The notes: generated by a model from the sequence alone, not told the origin. A stretch of 64,000 bases of DNA from Longimicrobiales bacterium (GCA_965204735.1 OZ242008.1:3808001-3872000); one strand, 5' to 3'; shown: positions 17,347 through 26,602, numbered from the stretch's first letter. Translations and numbers: made by a program.

Positions 17347-19065
17347 TCAGCCCGGCGGCGGCGCGTCTTCCAGCTTCGGCGCGACCCGAGCCAGGGTCGC
17401 TTGCTCCAAGTCGTAGGCGTAGGCCAGCAGCTGGGCGTCGGTCCAGAGGTCGCCGACGAAAGCCACGACGAAGGGCGTTCCGTCGCCGTAGTACGCGAAG
17501 GGGACGGTCACGGTCGGCGCGCCGACGTCGTTGACGATGTTGCTGGGGAGCTCGGCGTGGTTGTTGGGACGGTACTCGGGCCGCTCCGGGTCTTCGACCA
17601 GGGGACGGATCGGCTCTCCGGCCTGGGGGAAGAAGAGGCCGTCGAGGCCGTGGGTCTCCATGACCGATCGGAAGAGAGCCCGCAACTCCAGGCGCCACGC
17701 TTGGTAGGCGTCGCCCTCTTCCGTCGCCGTGGGCGCCGCGGGGGCGGGCCGTTCGTCGCGCCCGCGCCCCTGCCGGAACGAGCGGCCGGAGAGGGCTTCC
17801 CACTCCTCTATTGTGCGGAACGCCGCGTCCTCTCCCAACCCTTGCAGGTAGACGAGCATTCCGTGAGGACCGACGGACGGCACCGAGGGGCGCTCGCCGT
17901 ACGCTTCCGCCCAGCCGCTGCCGGCGAAGGGGTCCTCCACCGTCTCCGCTCCTTCCGACTCCAGAGCGCGGACGGCCTGCCGGTACAGCTCCTCCGTTTC
18001 CGGGGCCAGGGGCAGGAAGGTGTCCCGCCAGCCCGGACCGACGAGCCCGAACCGCTTTCCGGCGAGCGCCTCCGTGCCGAGCCCGGCGACGTAGCCTTCC
18101 TCGGGGATGCGGCCGACGGCCGCGTAGGTCGAGGGGTCTTCCGCCGTGGGTCCCGCGATCACGTCCAGCACGGTCGCCGCGTCCCGAACGGTCTTGGCCA
18201 GGGGGCCGACCACGTCCCGGTACGTCGCGTCGATGGGCACCACCCCCTCCAGCGGCGCCGCGCCGAAGGTCGGCTTCACCCCCACCAGCGCCTGGGCGGC
18301 GGCGGGGTTCTGGATCGAGCCGCCGGTCTCGGTGCCCAACCCCAGAACCGCAAAGCTGGCGGACACCGCGGTCGCCGTCCCGCCGCTCGATCCCCCCGGC
18401 ACTCGATCCGGCGCGTACGGATTCAGCGTTTCACCGGCCGCCGTGCTCCGCGTCCGCGTGCCGTGGCCGGCGAAGTCCGGCAGATTGGTCTTGCCCAGGA
18501 CGATCGCTCCGGCCTCCTTCAATCGCTCCACCACCGCCGCGTCGTCGCCGGGAACCATGTCGACGCCCCCGGTCGCCGAGCTGAACCCCGCGAAGCCGGC
18601 GGTCGTGACCATCCCCACGTAGTCCATGTTGTCCTTGATCACCACGGGAACGCCGTGAAGAGGGCCCCGCGGTCCTCGGCGGCGGTACTCCTCGTCCAGG
18701 GCCGCGGCCTGCGCCAGCGCCTCGGGGTTCATGGAGACGAAGGCGTTGTAGCGCCCTTCCCAGCGCTCGATCCGCTCCAGAAAGGCGCTCGTCAGCTGGA
18801 CTGCCGTGTAGCGCGACGCGCGGTAGTCCTCCTGCACCTGGGCCGCAGTGAGCTCCACCACGTCCACCGACCCGCTGCCTGCGGACTCGTGGGCAACGGG
18901 CAAGATCGTCTCTTGAAGCACCGGCTCCCACGCCGTCGCCGAAGGGGCAAGGCCAGCCGTTGCAGCTCCGAAGAGCATCACCGGGACGGCCCGCCGGAGC
19001 AGCGCCGGGACGGTCCGCCGGGCCAGCGCCGGGAAGCGCGCCTGTGGAGTTGGTCGAACGGGCAT
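17347..19065 (-). CDS. Amidase-signature family enzyme, probably exported
   Basis: GPLHGVPVVIKDN, GAIVLGKTNLPDF, PGGSSGGTA, GTETGGSIQNPA (Lys-Ser-Ser triad). Confidence 0.92.
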   Translation of the reverse strand: MPVRPTPQARFPALARRTVPALLRRAVPVMLFGAATAGLAPSATAWEPVLQETILPVAHESAGSGSVDVVELTAAQVQEDYRASRYTAVQLTSAFLERIERWEGRYNAFVSMNPEALAQAAALDEEYRRRGPRGPLHGVPVVIKDNMDYVGMVTTAGFAGFSSATGGVDMVPGDDAAVVERLKEAGAIVLGKTNLPDFAGHGTRTRSTAAGETLNPYAPDRVPGGSSGGTATAVSASFAVLGLGTETGGSIQNPAAAQALVGVKPTFGAAPLEGVVPIDATYRDVVGPLAKTVRDAATVLDVIAGPTAEDPSTYAAVGRIPEEGYVAGLGTEALAGKRFGLVGPGWRDTFLPLAPETEELYRQAVRALESEGAETVEDPFAGSGWAEAYGERPSVPSVGPHGMLVYLQGLGEDAAFRTIEEWEALSGRSFRQGRGRDERPAPAAPTATEEGDAYQAWRLELRALFRSVMETHGLDGLFFPQAGEPIRPLVEDPERPEYRPNNHAELPSNIVNDVGAPTVTVPFAYYGDGTPFVVAFVGDLWTDAQLLAYAYDLEQATLARVAPKLEDAPPPG

Positions 19066-19218
19066 CCGCCTACTCTGGCCCGCCCGGGCGCCCACGGCAA
19101 GCATCCGTGGAAGCGCTATGTCGTACCAATTTAGAAATGTCCGGTCTTACCAAGATAGAAATGTCCTCTTTCGGGCGATGTTCGGCGGGAGTCGAACTCG
19201 TGCCCGGGAGAGGAGCGA

Positions 19219-20553
19219 ATGGAGTTGAGCTTGAAGGAGCGGGACCGGATCTCGGTGTTGAGGCAGGTGAGCGAAGGCGTGCTGGCGGCGGCCGACGGCG
19301 CGGCGCGCTTCGGGGTGACGGAGCGTCACTTCCGGCGCGTGCGCCGCCGGTTCGAGGCGGCGGGCGACGAGGTGGTCGTGCACGGGCTCCGGGGTCGGAG
19401 GTCGAACCGGTCGCTGCCGTCGGAGACGCGGGAGCAGGTGCTGGTCATGGCCAGGGACCCCGACTACGCCGACTTCGGCGCCACGTTTCTGGCGGAGCAC
19501 GTCGAGCGGGAGCTGGGCGTGCGCGTCAGCGCGGAGACGCTGCGGGCATGGCGGAAGGGCGCGGGCTTGTGGCAGCGCAAGCGCAAGCGGGCGAAGCACC
19601 GGCGCCGACGGCCGCGTCGCGCCGCGCGGGGCGAGCTGCTCCAGTGGGACAGCTCGGTTCACGCCTGGCTTGAAGACCGGGGGCCGCCCGACCTCGTGCT
19701 GATCGCGCTGCACGACGACGCGACGAGCGGGTTCATGCACGGTCGCTTCGTCGAGCGCGACACGGGCGCCGCGAATCGGCGAGCGATCGTCGAGTGCCTC
19801 GAACGCCACGGCCGTCCGAGGGCGGTGTACGTGGACCACGCGGGCCACTTCGGGCAGCGCCTCGGCCCGGAGGGCAAGCGGACCCGGACGATCATCGGCA
19901 CGGCGCTGGAGAAGCTGGGCGTCGAGGTGGTCCTGGCGAACTCGCCGCAGGCGAAGGGCCGGGTCGAGCGGACGTTCGGCACGGCGCAGGACCGGCTGGT
20001 CAAAGAGATGCGCTTGGCGCGAGTCACCACGCTCGAGGCGGCGAACCGCTACTTGGAGGAGCGGTGGGTTCCGTTCTGGAACGAACGCTTCACGGTGGCG
20101 CCGGCCGATCCCCTCGACGCCCATCGCCCGCTGCCTCAGGACATCGATCTGGAAGCCCTCTTCGCCGAGACGGACACGCGGGTCGTGGCCCGCGACTTCA
20201 CCGTGCGCTTCGAGAACCGCTTCTGGCAGGTCACGGCCCGCGACGCCGAGGCGGCCGGCGTCGCGCCGGGCTCCCCCGTCGTCGTCGAACGGCGCCTCTC
20301 GGGCGAGCTGCGCTTCCGGCATCGCGGCTGCTACCTGACGCCCAAGGCCTTGGGGGCGGTCCGGTCGGCGACGCCCAAGCCGGCGCCGGCGCCCGCGACG
20401 GCCAAGCCCAGGCCCAAGCCGCCGAAGCCGGGAAGGGATCACCCGTGGCGCAAGCACTTCAGCGCCAGCGTGGCCCAGGCCGTGGCCAAGCGGGAACACC
20501 GCGCCGCCCACTCCAACGGGACCGGTCCCGAGCGGTGCAGGACCTCGTCCTGA
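19219..20553 (+). CDS. DDE transposase (ISNCY / IS1202 family; HTH + integrase core)
   Basis: N-terminal HTH (AARFGVTERHFRR..HGLRGRRSN), GELLQWDSSVHAW, AVYVDHAGHF, SPQAKGRVERTFGTAQDRL, C-terminal DHPWR; GAGGAG RBS. Confidence 0.95.
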   Translation: MELSLKERDRISVLRQVSEGVLAAADGAARFGVTERHFRRVRRRFEAAGDEVVVHGLRGRRSNRSLPSETREQVLVMARDPDYADFGATFLAEHVERELGVRVSAETLRAWRKGAGLWQRKRKRAKHRRRRPRRAARGELLQWDSSVHAWLEDRGPPDLVLIALHDDATSGFMHGRFVERDTGAANRRAIVECLERHGRPRAVYVDHAGHFGQRLGPEGKRTRTIIGTALEKLGVEVVLANSPQAKGRVERTFGTAQDRLVKEMRLARVTTLEAANRYLEERWVPFWNERFTVAPADPLDAHRPLPQDIDLEALFAETDTRVVARDFTVRFENRFWQVTARDAEAAGVAPGSPVVVERRLSGELRFRHRGCYLTPKALGAVRSATPKPAPAPATAKPRPKPPKPGRDHPWRKHFSASVAQAVAKREHRAAHSNGTGPERCRTSS

Positions 20554-20900
20554 GCCTGCAGGCGGGGACGGCAGCTCGCACTCCCCTTCCCGCAAAGGTC
20601 GGACGCGACCGCAGTGTCGGCATCCGTGCCTCCGAGGCTTGCCGGCGCTGCGCAGGTCGCTCGGCGCACCACGACCGTCCGAGCTGGCAGGCTCAGTGCG
20701 AACTGCGAGCCATCGGGGCAGCAGTGTCCGGACCCGTCCGCGTTGGCGTCCACCCGGCCAGAGCTTGGCCACGGCGACGACCTCGACTCGCCCGGCCGCC
20801 ACTGGCCTTGAAGCGCCTGGAACAGGGCGCCCGGCGCCGTCCAGCCCAGGCTTGCTGGATCCGCGTGTCCTGCGCCCGACACCTGGCCCCCGGCCTCAGG
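20550..20900 (+). ncRNA. Putative structured RNA in the IS 3' non-coding region
   Basis: Nested complementary segments found by eye: 20550-59/20687-96, 20599-605/20676-82, 20605-10/20655-60, 20611-22/20640-51 (two G.U), crossing stem 20571-82/20695-706, then five short hairpins; no credible ORF. Confidence 0.4.
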
Positions 20901-21004
20901 AAGAACCCACCGTCCACACCATCAGGGGGGACATTTCTACTTTGGCCAACTACCGGACATTTCTACTTTGGCTTGACACATCCGTGGAAGCGCTATATTG
21001 CCGC

Positions 21005-21565
21005 ATGAACGGCGATCCGCAGATGCTGGAGCGATTCGAGTCCGGGCTGACCTTTCCCGACTACCTGGACACCGTCCGGAAGCACCGGGAGCTTTGGAGC
21101 GGCGTGTGGAAGCGGGCGCGCGTTCCCGCCGACCTGCTGGAAAGGGCCCGGGCAACGCCTGGGAAGTGGCGGCTGCTCGCCCTCTCGGAGGATTGGTGCG
21201 GCGACGCCGTCAACATCCTGCCGGTGCTGGCGCGCTTGGCGGAGGCCCTGCCCGCCGTCGAGCTCCGCGTGCTGTCTCGCGACGAGAACCTCGACATCAT
21301 GGACGCGCACCTGACCAACGGTCGCAGCCGCTCGATCCCCGTTGTCCTCGTGCTGGACGAGGCCGGAGCCGAGCGCGCTTGGTGGGGTCCTCGTCCAGCC
21401 GTCCTTCAGCAGTGGGTCATGGACGAAGGGATGAAGATGGAGCCCGGTCCCAGGTACCGGGAGACCCGCGCCTTCTACGCCCGAGACAAGGGAAGGACGA
21501 CCCTCGAAGAAGTCGTCGAGACGATCCGCGGCGCGGCAGCCGCAGAGTCGTCCGCCGCTTGCTGA
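21005..21565 (+). CDS. Thioredoxin-like protein (Thioredoxin_9 type)
   Basis: LALSEDWCGDA, RDENLDIMDAHLTNGRSRSIPV, WGPRP; ATG 5 nt after a TATATT hexamer and no RBS. Confidence 0.88.
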   Translation: MNGDPQMLERFESGLTFPDYLDTVRKHRELWSGVWKRARVPADLLERARATPGKWRLLALSEDWCGDAVNILPVLARLAEALPAVELRVLSRDENLDIMDAHLTNGRSRSIPVVLVLDEAGAERAWWGPRPAVLQQWVMDEGMKMEPGPRYRETRAFYARDKGRTTLEEVVETIRGAAAAESSAAC

Positions 21566-21615
21566 CTTCGCCGCAGCGCAGGCCCGTTCCCGCAGCCTTC
21601 CGGAAAGCCGCCTCC

Positions 21616-23148
21616 ATGCAACCCTTCGTTCAGCTTCGCCGCCGTCGGTCCGCGCGCTCCACCTCGCCGACTTCACCTGCTCGCCGTGCACACGGCGCCT
21701 TCGTTCAGCTTCGCCGCCGTCGGTCCGCGCGCTCTCGGCGCTGGGCGCGTCGGCCGCGCGCAGCCGCTGCGGCGGTCGCCGTCCCGCTTCTGGCGGCCGC
21801 CCCGCTCCTCATGGCCGCGACGGCCCTCGCGCCGGTCCCGGCTCGCGCCCAGACCCAGTCGTACCGAGCCGACCGCCCCTTCGGGACCCTCCGCGAGCAG
21901 GCCAAGGTGCGCCAGGGCTGGCTGATGGAGCGCCTGGAGAAGAACCTGCCCATGCTCATGCGCAAGCACGGCGTGGACATGTGGGTCGTGGCCATGCGCG
22001 AGTACAACGAGGATCCGGTGTTCCGCGCCCTGGTGTCGCCCACGACCTTCGCCGCCCGCCGGCGGACGATCTACGTCTTCTACGACCGGGGGCCCGAGGC
22101 CGGCTTGGAGCGGCTGGCGCTGGGCGGAACATCCCAGGGGGGCGCCTACGAAGCGGTGCGGGCCACGGTCCAGGCCCCGGACGGCCGTTCGGCGGAGCTC
22201 TGGGGCAAGGACCAGTGGAACTTGTTCGCGAGGGTGGCGCGGGAGCGGAACCCCCGGCGCATCGCCGTCAACATCTCCCACGACCACAACTTCGCCGACG
22301 GACTCTCTGCCGGCGAGTGGGAGCAGATGGAGGAAGCGCTGGGAACGGAGATGGCGGGCCGTGTCGTCCGGGAGCCCCTGCTGGCAATCGAGTACCTGGC
22401 CATGCGGGTTCCCGGGATGACCCCCGCGTACCGCCGGATGCAGGCCTTCGTCCACGAGATCATCGGCGCCGCCTTTTCCGAAGTCGTGATCGTTCCCGGC
22501 CGGACCACCACCGCCGACGTGGTGTGGTGGATGCGCCAGCGGGTCCACGACTTGGGAATGGGCTCCTGGTTCCAGCCGTCGGTGTCGGTTCAGCGGCGGG
22601 GCGCCGAGATGGGCGACTCGGTGGCGCCGGTGATCCTCCGCGGCGACGTGCTGCACTGCGACTTCGGACTCGCGGCCCTTGGGATGACCACCGACACCCA
22701 GCACATGGCCTACGTCCTGCGCGAAGGCGAGACCCGAGCTCCGGCCGGCCTGCGGCAGGCGCTGGCCAACTCCAACCGCTTGCAGGACCTCCTGCTGGAA
22801 GAACTCCAGGTCGGGCGAAGCGGCAATCAGATCCTGGCGTCGGTGCTGGAGAGGATGCGGTCGGAGGGGCTCGACGGAACGATGTACACGCACCCCATCG
22901 GCGACCACGGCCACGGCGCCGGCCCTCTGATCGGCCTCTGGGACTACCAGACCGGAGTCCCCGGCCGCGGCGACCCCTTGGTGATCCCGGGCATGTGGTT
23001 CTCGACCGAGCTTCAAGTCACCACTCCCGTGCCGGAGTGGGACGGCCAGCCGGTCCGAATGGCCCAGGAGGAGGAGGCCGAGGTCACGATGGACGGCGAA
23101 GTGCGGTGGATGCTCCGCCGCCAGACCGAGCTCCACTTGGTGCGATAG
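21616..23148 (+). CDS. M24-family (Xaa-Pro) metallopeptidase, exported
   Basis: Signal peptide; REYNEDPVF, GDVLHCDFG...TDTQHMAY, YTHPIGDHGHGAGP, STEL, EEEA metal ligands; start uncertain. Confidence 0.88.
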   Translation: MQPFVQLRRRRSARSTSPTSPARRAHGAFVQLRRRRSARSRRWARRPRAAAAAVAVPLLAAAPLLMAATALAPVPARAQTQSYRADRPFGTLREQAKVRQGWLMERLEKNLPMLMRKHGVDMWVVAMREYNEDPVFRALVSPTTFAARRRTIYVFYDRGPEAGLERLALGGTSQGGAYEAVRATVQAPDGRSAELWGKDQWNLFARVARERNPRRIAVNISHDHNFADGLSAGEWEQMEEALGTEMAGRVVREPLLAIEYLAMRVPGMTPAYRRMQAFVHEIIGAAFSEVVIVPGRTTTADVVWWMRQRVHDLGMGSWFQPSVSVQRRGAEMGDSVAPVILRGDVLHCDFGLAALGMTTDTQHMAYVLREGETRAPAGLRQALANSNRLQDLLLEELQVGRSGNQILASVLERMRSEGLDGTMYTHPIGDHGHGAGPLIGLWDYQTGVPGRGDPLVIPGMWFSTELQVTTPVPEWDGQPVRMAQEEEAEVTMDGEVRWMLRRQTELHLVR

Positions 23149-23223
23149 CGGCAGCAGAGCCTTGAGCGACCCGGCGCCAGGCCAGCCCGAGCAATAGGAT
23201 GCGGTCCGCGCCGGCCCGCCGGA

Positions 23224-24519
23224 TCAGCTCCGGCGCCGCGTGCCGATCCTCGCCTCCGCCGCGCGGGCGTGGGCTTCCATGCCTTCCATGCGGGCCAGGG
23301 CAGCGGCGTCGCTGGCGACCGCCTCGAGTTCGGGACCGCGTTCCATGCGGAGCCAAGTGGGACGCCGCATGAACGAGAACACCGAGAGGCCGCCGGCAAA
23401 GCGCGCCGTCCCTCCTGTGGGCAGGGTGTGGTTGGGGCCGATTCCGTAGTCGCCCAGCACTTCCGCCGCGTCGTGGCCGACGAAGACGGCGCCGTAGGCG
23501 TCCAGCGACTCGGCCCAGCGATCGGCTCGACTTCCGTGGACCTCCAGGTGCTCCGGCGCCAGCTCTTGGCAGCACCGCAGCGCCTCCTCTTCCGGGGCGA
23601 CGACGGCGAATCCGTTCCGGAGCGCCGCCGCAGCCGCGTCGACGGTGGGCAGCGCCGGCAGCTGGCGGGCCAGCTCCTCGTCCACTTGGGCGGCCAGCGA
23701 CTTGGAAGTGGTGATCAGGACCGGAAGCGCGGCGGCGTCGTGTTCCGCCTGGGCCAGCAGGTCGGCGGCGATCAGAGCCGGGTCGCCGGCCTCGTCGGAG
23801 AGCACGACCAGCTCCGAAGGACCGGCCAGCAGGTCGATCCCGACCACCCCCGAGAGCAGCAGCTTGGCGCCGGTCACCCACTGGTTGCCGGGGCCGGCCA
23901 CGACGTCGCAGCGGGGCATCGGCGCCACGCCGTACGCCATCGCGGCCACGGCTTGGGCGCCCCCGGCCGCCAGCAAGCCGTTCGCCCCGGCGGCGGCGGC
24001 AGCAGCCAACGTCTCCCGGGAGGGGTCCGGCGACGCCACCCAGACTTCGCTCACGCCCGCCGCGCGGGCCGTCACCGCCGTCATGAGGACCGAGGACGGA
24101 AGGGGGAAGCGTCCCCCGGGGGCGTAGCAGCCAGCCACTCGCACGGGCACCAGCGCGTCGCCCGCCCAGCCGCCCGGGACCCTGGCGCGAACCGGCGCTG
24201 CCGACGCCAGCTGGGCCTTGGCGAACTCCCCGATCCGTCGTGCCGTCCGCTCCAGAACGCGCCGGTCGGCGTCCCCCATGGAAGCCAGGGCTTCCGTCAA
24301 GTCGTTCCGGGTGCGGAGGAGCGGCGCGGCCGGGCGCAGACGGTCCCAGCGCTCGGCATACGTCCGCAGCGCCTTGCTTCCGCCGTCCCGGACCTCGGCG
24401 ACGATCTTCGCGATCCGGGGAAGGAGCTCCTCCGCCACCGCCGGCGGTCGGGCCCGTCGCGCGTCCGGCGGCACCACCCGCCGGAGGAGAGGGCTCGACG
24501 ACCCGGCACGGGGACTCAC
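23224..24519 (-). CDS. hisD: Histidinol dehydrogenase
   Basis: GCYAPGGRFPLPSSVLM, GGAQAVAAMAYG, GPGNQWVT, AGPSE, DLLAQAEHD, APEHLE, GDYGIGPNHTLPTGG. Confidence 0.96.
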   Translation of the reverse strand: MSPRAGSSSPLLRRVVPPDARRARPPAVAEELLPRIAKIVAEVRDGGSKALRTYAERWDRLRPAAPLLRTRNDLTEALASMGDADRRVLERTARRIGEFAKAQLASAAPVRARVPGGWAGDALVPVRVAGCYAPGGRFPLPSSVLMTAVTARAAGVSEVWVASPDPSRETLAAAAAAGANGLLAAGGAQAVAAMAYGVAPMPRCDVVAGPGNQWVTGAKLLLSGVVGIDLLAGPSELVVLSDEAGDPALIAADLLAQAEHDAAALPVLITTSKSLAAQVDEELARQLPALPTVDAAAAALRNGFAVVAPEEEALRCCQELAPEHLEVHGSRADRWAESLDAYGAVFVGHDAAEVLGDYGIGPNHTLPTGGTARFAGGLSVFSFMRRPTWLRMERGPELEAVASDAAALARMEGMEAHARAAEARIGTRRRS

Positions 24520-25802
24520 TGCAACTCCTTCGCCGCGCCCTTGGGATCAGAGACCGCCCTGCGGCTGACCGTCTTGCGCCTGCGGTCGATCTCTCGCTCC
24601 ACGTCGGCCCACGTGGCGCCTTCCCGCGCCATCGCCACGGCCAGGAAGTAGACCAGGTCCGCCGCCTCTTCCACGACCCGCTGCCGTCCCCGGGCTTCGC
24701 CCACTTCGCCGGCCTCCTCGATCAGCTTCCCGCGAAGGAAGCGGCCGCCGTCGGCCCCGGTCAGCAGTCGGGTGGTCAGGGAGCCCTCCACCGGAGACGC
24801 GGCCCGCTCGCCGACCAGCTGCTCCAGGGCGCGCAGACCGTCGGCAGGACCGAAGCACGTCCACTCTCCTCGGTGACAGAAGCCGGCCCCCTCCTGGGAC
24901 ACGGTGAAGCGAAGCGCGTCCCGGTCGCAGTCGGCGTCGATCCGCACGAGGGAGTGGACGGCGCCCGACGACTCGCCCTTGCGCCAGAGGCCGCGCTTGC
25001 GGGAGTGGTAGACGCCGCGCCCTTCGGCGATCGCGGTCCGGACGCTCTCGCTGCTGGACCAGACCAAGCCCAGGGCCGCGCCCCGCTCGTCGGCGACGAT
25101 GGTGGGCCAGAGTCCGTCGGCGCGCTCGCTTTGCAGAGGGGCGGTGAAGGCGTCGGCCAACTCCAGCGTCCCCCGGTAGAGAGCCATGCCGACTTGGGCG
25201 TCGGCGCCGGTCCGGTCCAGCCACGCCACGTCGTCGGCGGTCGCGATGCCGCCCGCGATCGTGAGGCGAGCGTCGCCCGAGGCGGCGACAAGCTCCTCGA
25301 CCCGGCGCCGGGGGAAGCCTGCTTCCTTGCCTTCGCCCTCCACGAAGGTGACCAGGAAGCCACCCGCCAGCCCGCGGAGCGTCTCCATCCCCTGGCGGAT
25401 CGTGCGCCCGGTCCGCTCGGTCCACCCCTTCACCACCACCTCGCCCTTCCAGGCGTCCAGCGCCGCCACCACTCGGTCCCGCGGCAGCCCCTTCAGCACC
25501 TCCGGGACGGCCGCCGTGCCCAGCACCACCTTCGCCGCCCCCCGGTCCAGCCACCGCACGGCGTCCTCCCGGCTGCGGACGCCGCCGCCGACTCGGCACG
25601 ACGCGAGCCCGCACAGCTCCTCCACAAGCGCCGCGTTGGACCCGCGCCCCAGCGCCGCGTCCAGGTCGACCACGGCGACTTCGCCCACCCGCCCGAAGCG
25701 TTCGGCAAGCGGGCGCGGGTCGCCCGCGTCCAACGCCTTTCTGCGGCCCTGGACGAGCTGCACGGCCCGGCCGTCCATCAGGTCTATGGAGGGAACGATC
25801 AC
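24516..25802 (-). CDS. HisA-HisI-HisE triple fusion (ProFAR isomerase-like barrel + PR-AMP cyclohydrolase + PR-ATP pyrophosphatase)
   Basis: [33 protein letters not shown] (HisA); LWRKGESSG, DADCDRDAL, FCH...TCF (HisI); KLIEEAGE, EAADLVY (HisE); GTGA overlaps at both ends. Confidence 0.92.
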   Translation of the reverse strand: MIVPSIDLMDGRAVQLVQGRRKALDAGDPRPLAERFGRVGEVAVVDLDAALGRGSNAALVEELCGLASCRVGGGVRSREDAVRWLDRGAAKVVLGTAAVPEVLKGLPRDRVVAALDAWKGEVVVKGWTERTGRTIRQGMETLRGLAGGFLVTFVEGEGKEAGFPRRRVEELVAASGDARLTIAGGIATADDVAWLDRTGADAQVGMALYRGTLELADAFTAPLQSERADGLWPTIVADERGAALGLVWSSSESVRTAIAEGRGVYHSRKRGLWRKGESSGAVHSLVRIDADCDRDALRFTVSQEGAGFCHRGEWTCFGPADGLRALEQLVGERAASPVEGSLTTRLLTGADGGRFLRGKLIEEAGEVGEARGRQRVVEEAADLVYFLAVAMAREGATWADVEREIDRRRKTVSRRAVSDPKGAAKELQ

Positions 25803-26602
25803 GGCGCTTCCCCGCTGCCGCCGGTCCCTTCGCGACGCACCTTCACTCCCATCCCGTGAAGGGCCTCCTTCACGCCCGCTACCGTCCACTGGCCCTGGTG
25901 GAAGATCGACGCGGCAAGCACCGCGTCCGCGCCCGCGCGGGCGGCCTCGGCCATGTGCTGGGGAGAGTCCGCCCCGCCCGACGCGACGATCGGCACGGAC
26001 ACGGCGGCGCGCATCCGCCGGAGCAGCTCCAGGTCGTAGCCGCGCTTGGTGCCGTCCCGGTCCACGCTGGTCAGGAGAACCTCGCCGACGCCCGCCTCCG
26101 CCGCTCGCACGGCCCACGCCACCGCGTCGATTCCCGACCGTTCGGCGCCCGACCGCACCACGACCTCGTAGCCGCTGCCCGCTCCCGCGCCGCCGGTCGC
26201 GGCGGCGTCGATTGCGACCACCACGCACTGGGCGCCGAAGCGGGCGGCCAGCTCGGAGAGGAGCTCGGGCCGCCGGACGGCCGCCGTGTTCGCGGCGACT
26301 TTGTCGGCCCCGGCTTCCAGAAGCAGGCTCGCGTCCTCCACGCGACCCACGCCGCCGCCCACGGTGAGGGGCACCGACAGCGCAGCGCGGACCGCGCGAA
26401 CCGCACCGAGCCGGGTTGCGCGTCCCTCGGGCGTGGCGGAGACGTCCAGGACCACCACCTCGTCGGCGCCCTGCTCCTCGTAGGCCGCGGCGAGGTCGGC
26501 AGGGTCGCCCTGGTCCCGCAGCCCCTGGAAGGACACGCCCTTGACGACGCGCCCGTCCCGCACGTCGAGGCATGGAACGACGCGAACCGGCAGGTCGGTC
26601 AC
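25799..26602 (-). CDS. hisF: Imidazole glycerol phosphate synthase cyclase subunit
   Basis: [61 protein letters not shown]. Confidence 0.97.
   Translation of the reverse strand: MTDLPVRVVPCLDVRDGRVVKGVSFQGLRDQGDPADLAAAYEEQGADEVVVLDVSATPEGRATRLGAVRAVRAALSVPLTVGGGVGRVEDASLLLEAGADKVAANTAAVRRPELLSELAARFGAQCVVVAIDAAATGGAGAGSGYEVVVRSGAERSGIDAVAWAVRAAEAGVGEVLLTSVDRDGTKRGYDLELLRRMRAAVSVPIVASGGADSPQHMAEAARAGADAVLAASIFHQGQWTVAGVKEALHGMGVKVRREGTGGSGEAP

Larger units (their letters stand above)
19119..20978 (+). mobile_element. Complete insertion sequence, IS1202-like (ISNCY), 1,860 bp
   Basis: Ends TGTCGTACCAATTTAGAAATGTCCGG and (reverse complement) TGTCAAGCCAAAGTAGAAATGTCCGG; TAGAAATGTCC twice per end; perfect 17-bp flanking duplication CATCCGTGGAAGCGCTA (19102-19118, 20979-20995). 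Confidence 0.93.

Noticed and set aside
19090..19130. IS target as a XerCD dif site
   Set aside because: Flanks show no dif-like palindrome, and the 17-bp duplication does not fit the short-duplication dif-targeting subgroup
20439..21008. Passenger gene in the IS 3' region
   Set aside because: Candidate ORFs overlap the transposase or IS end and lack an RBS and recognisable motifs
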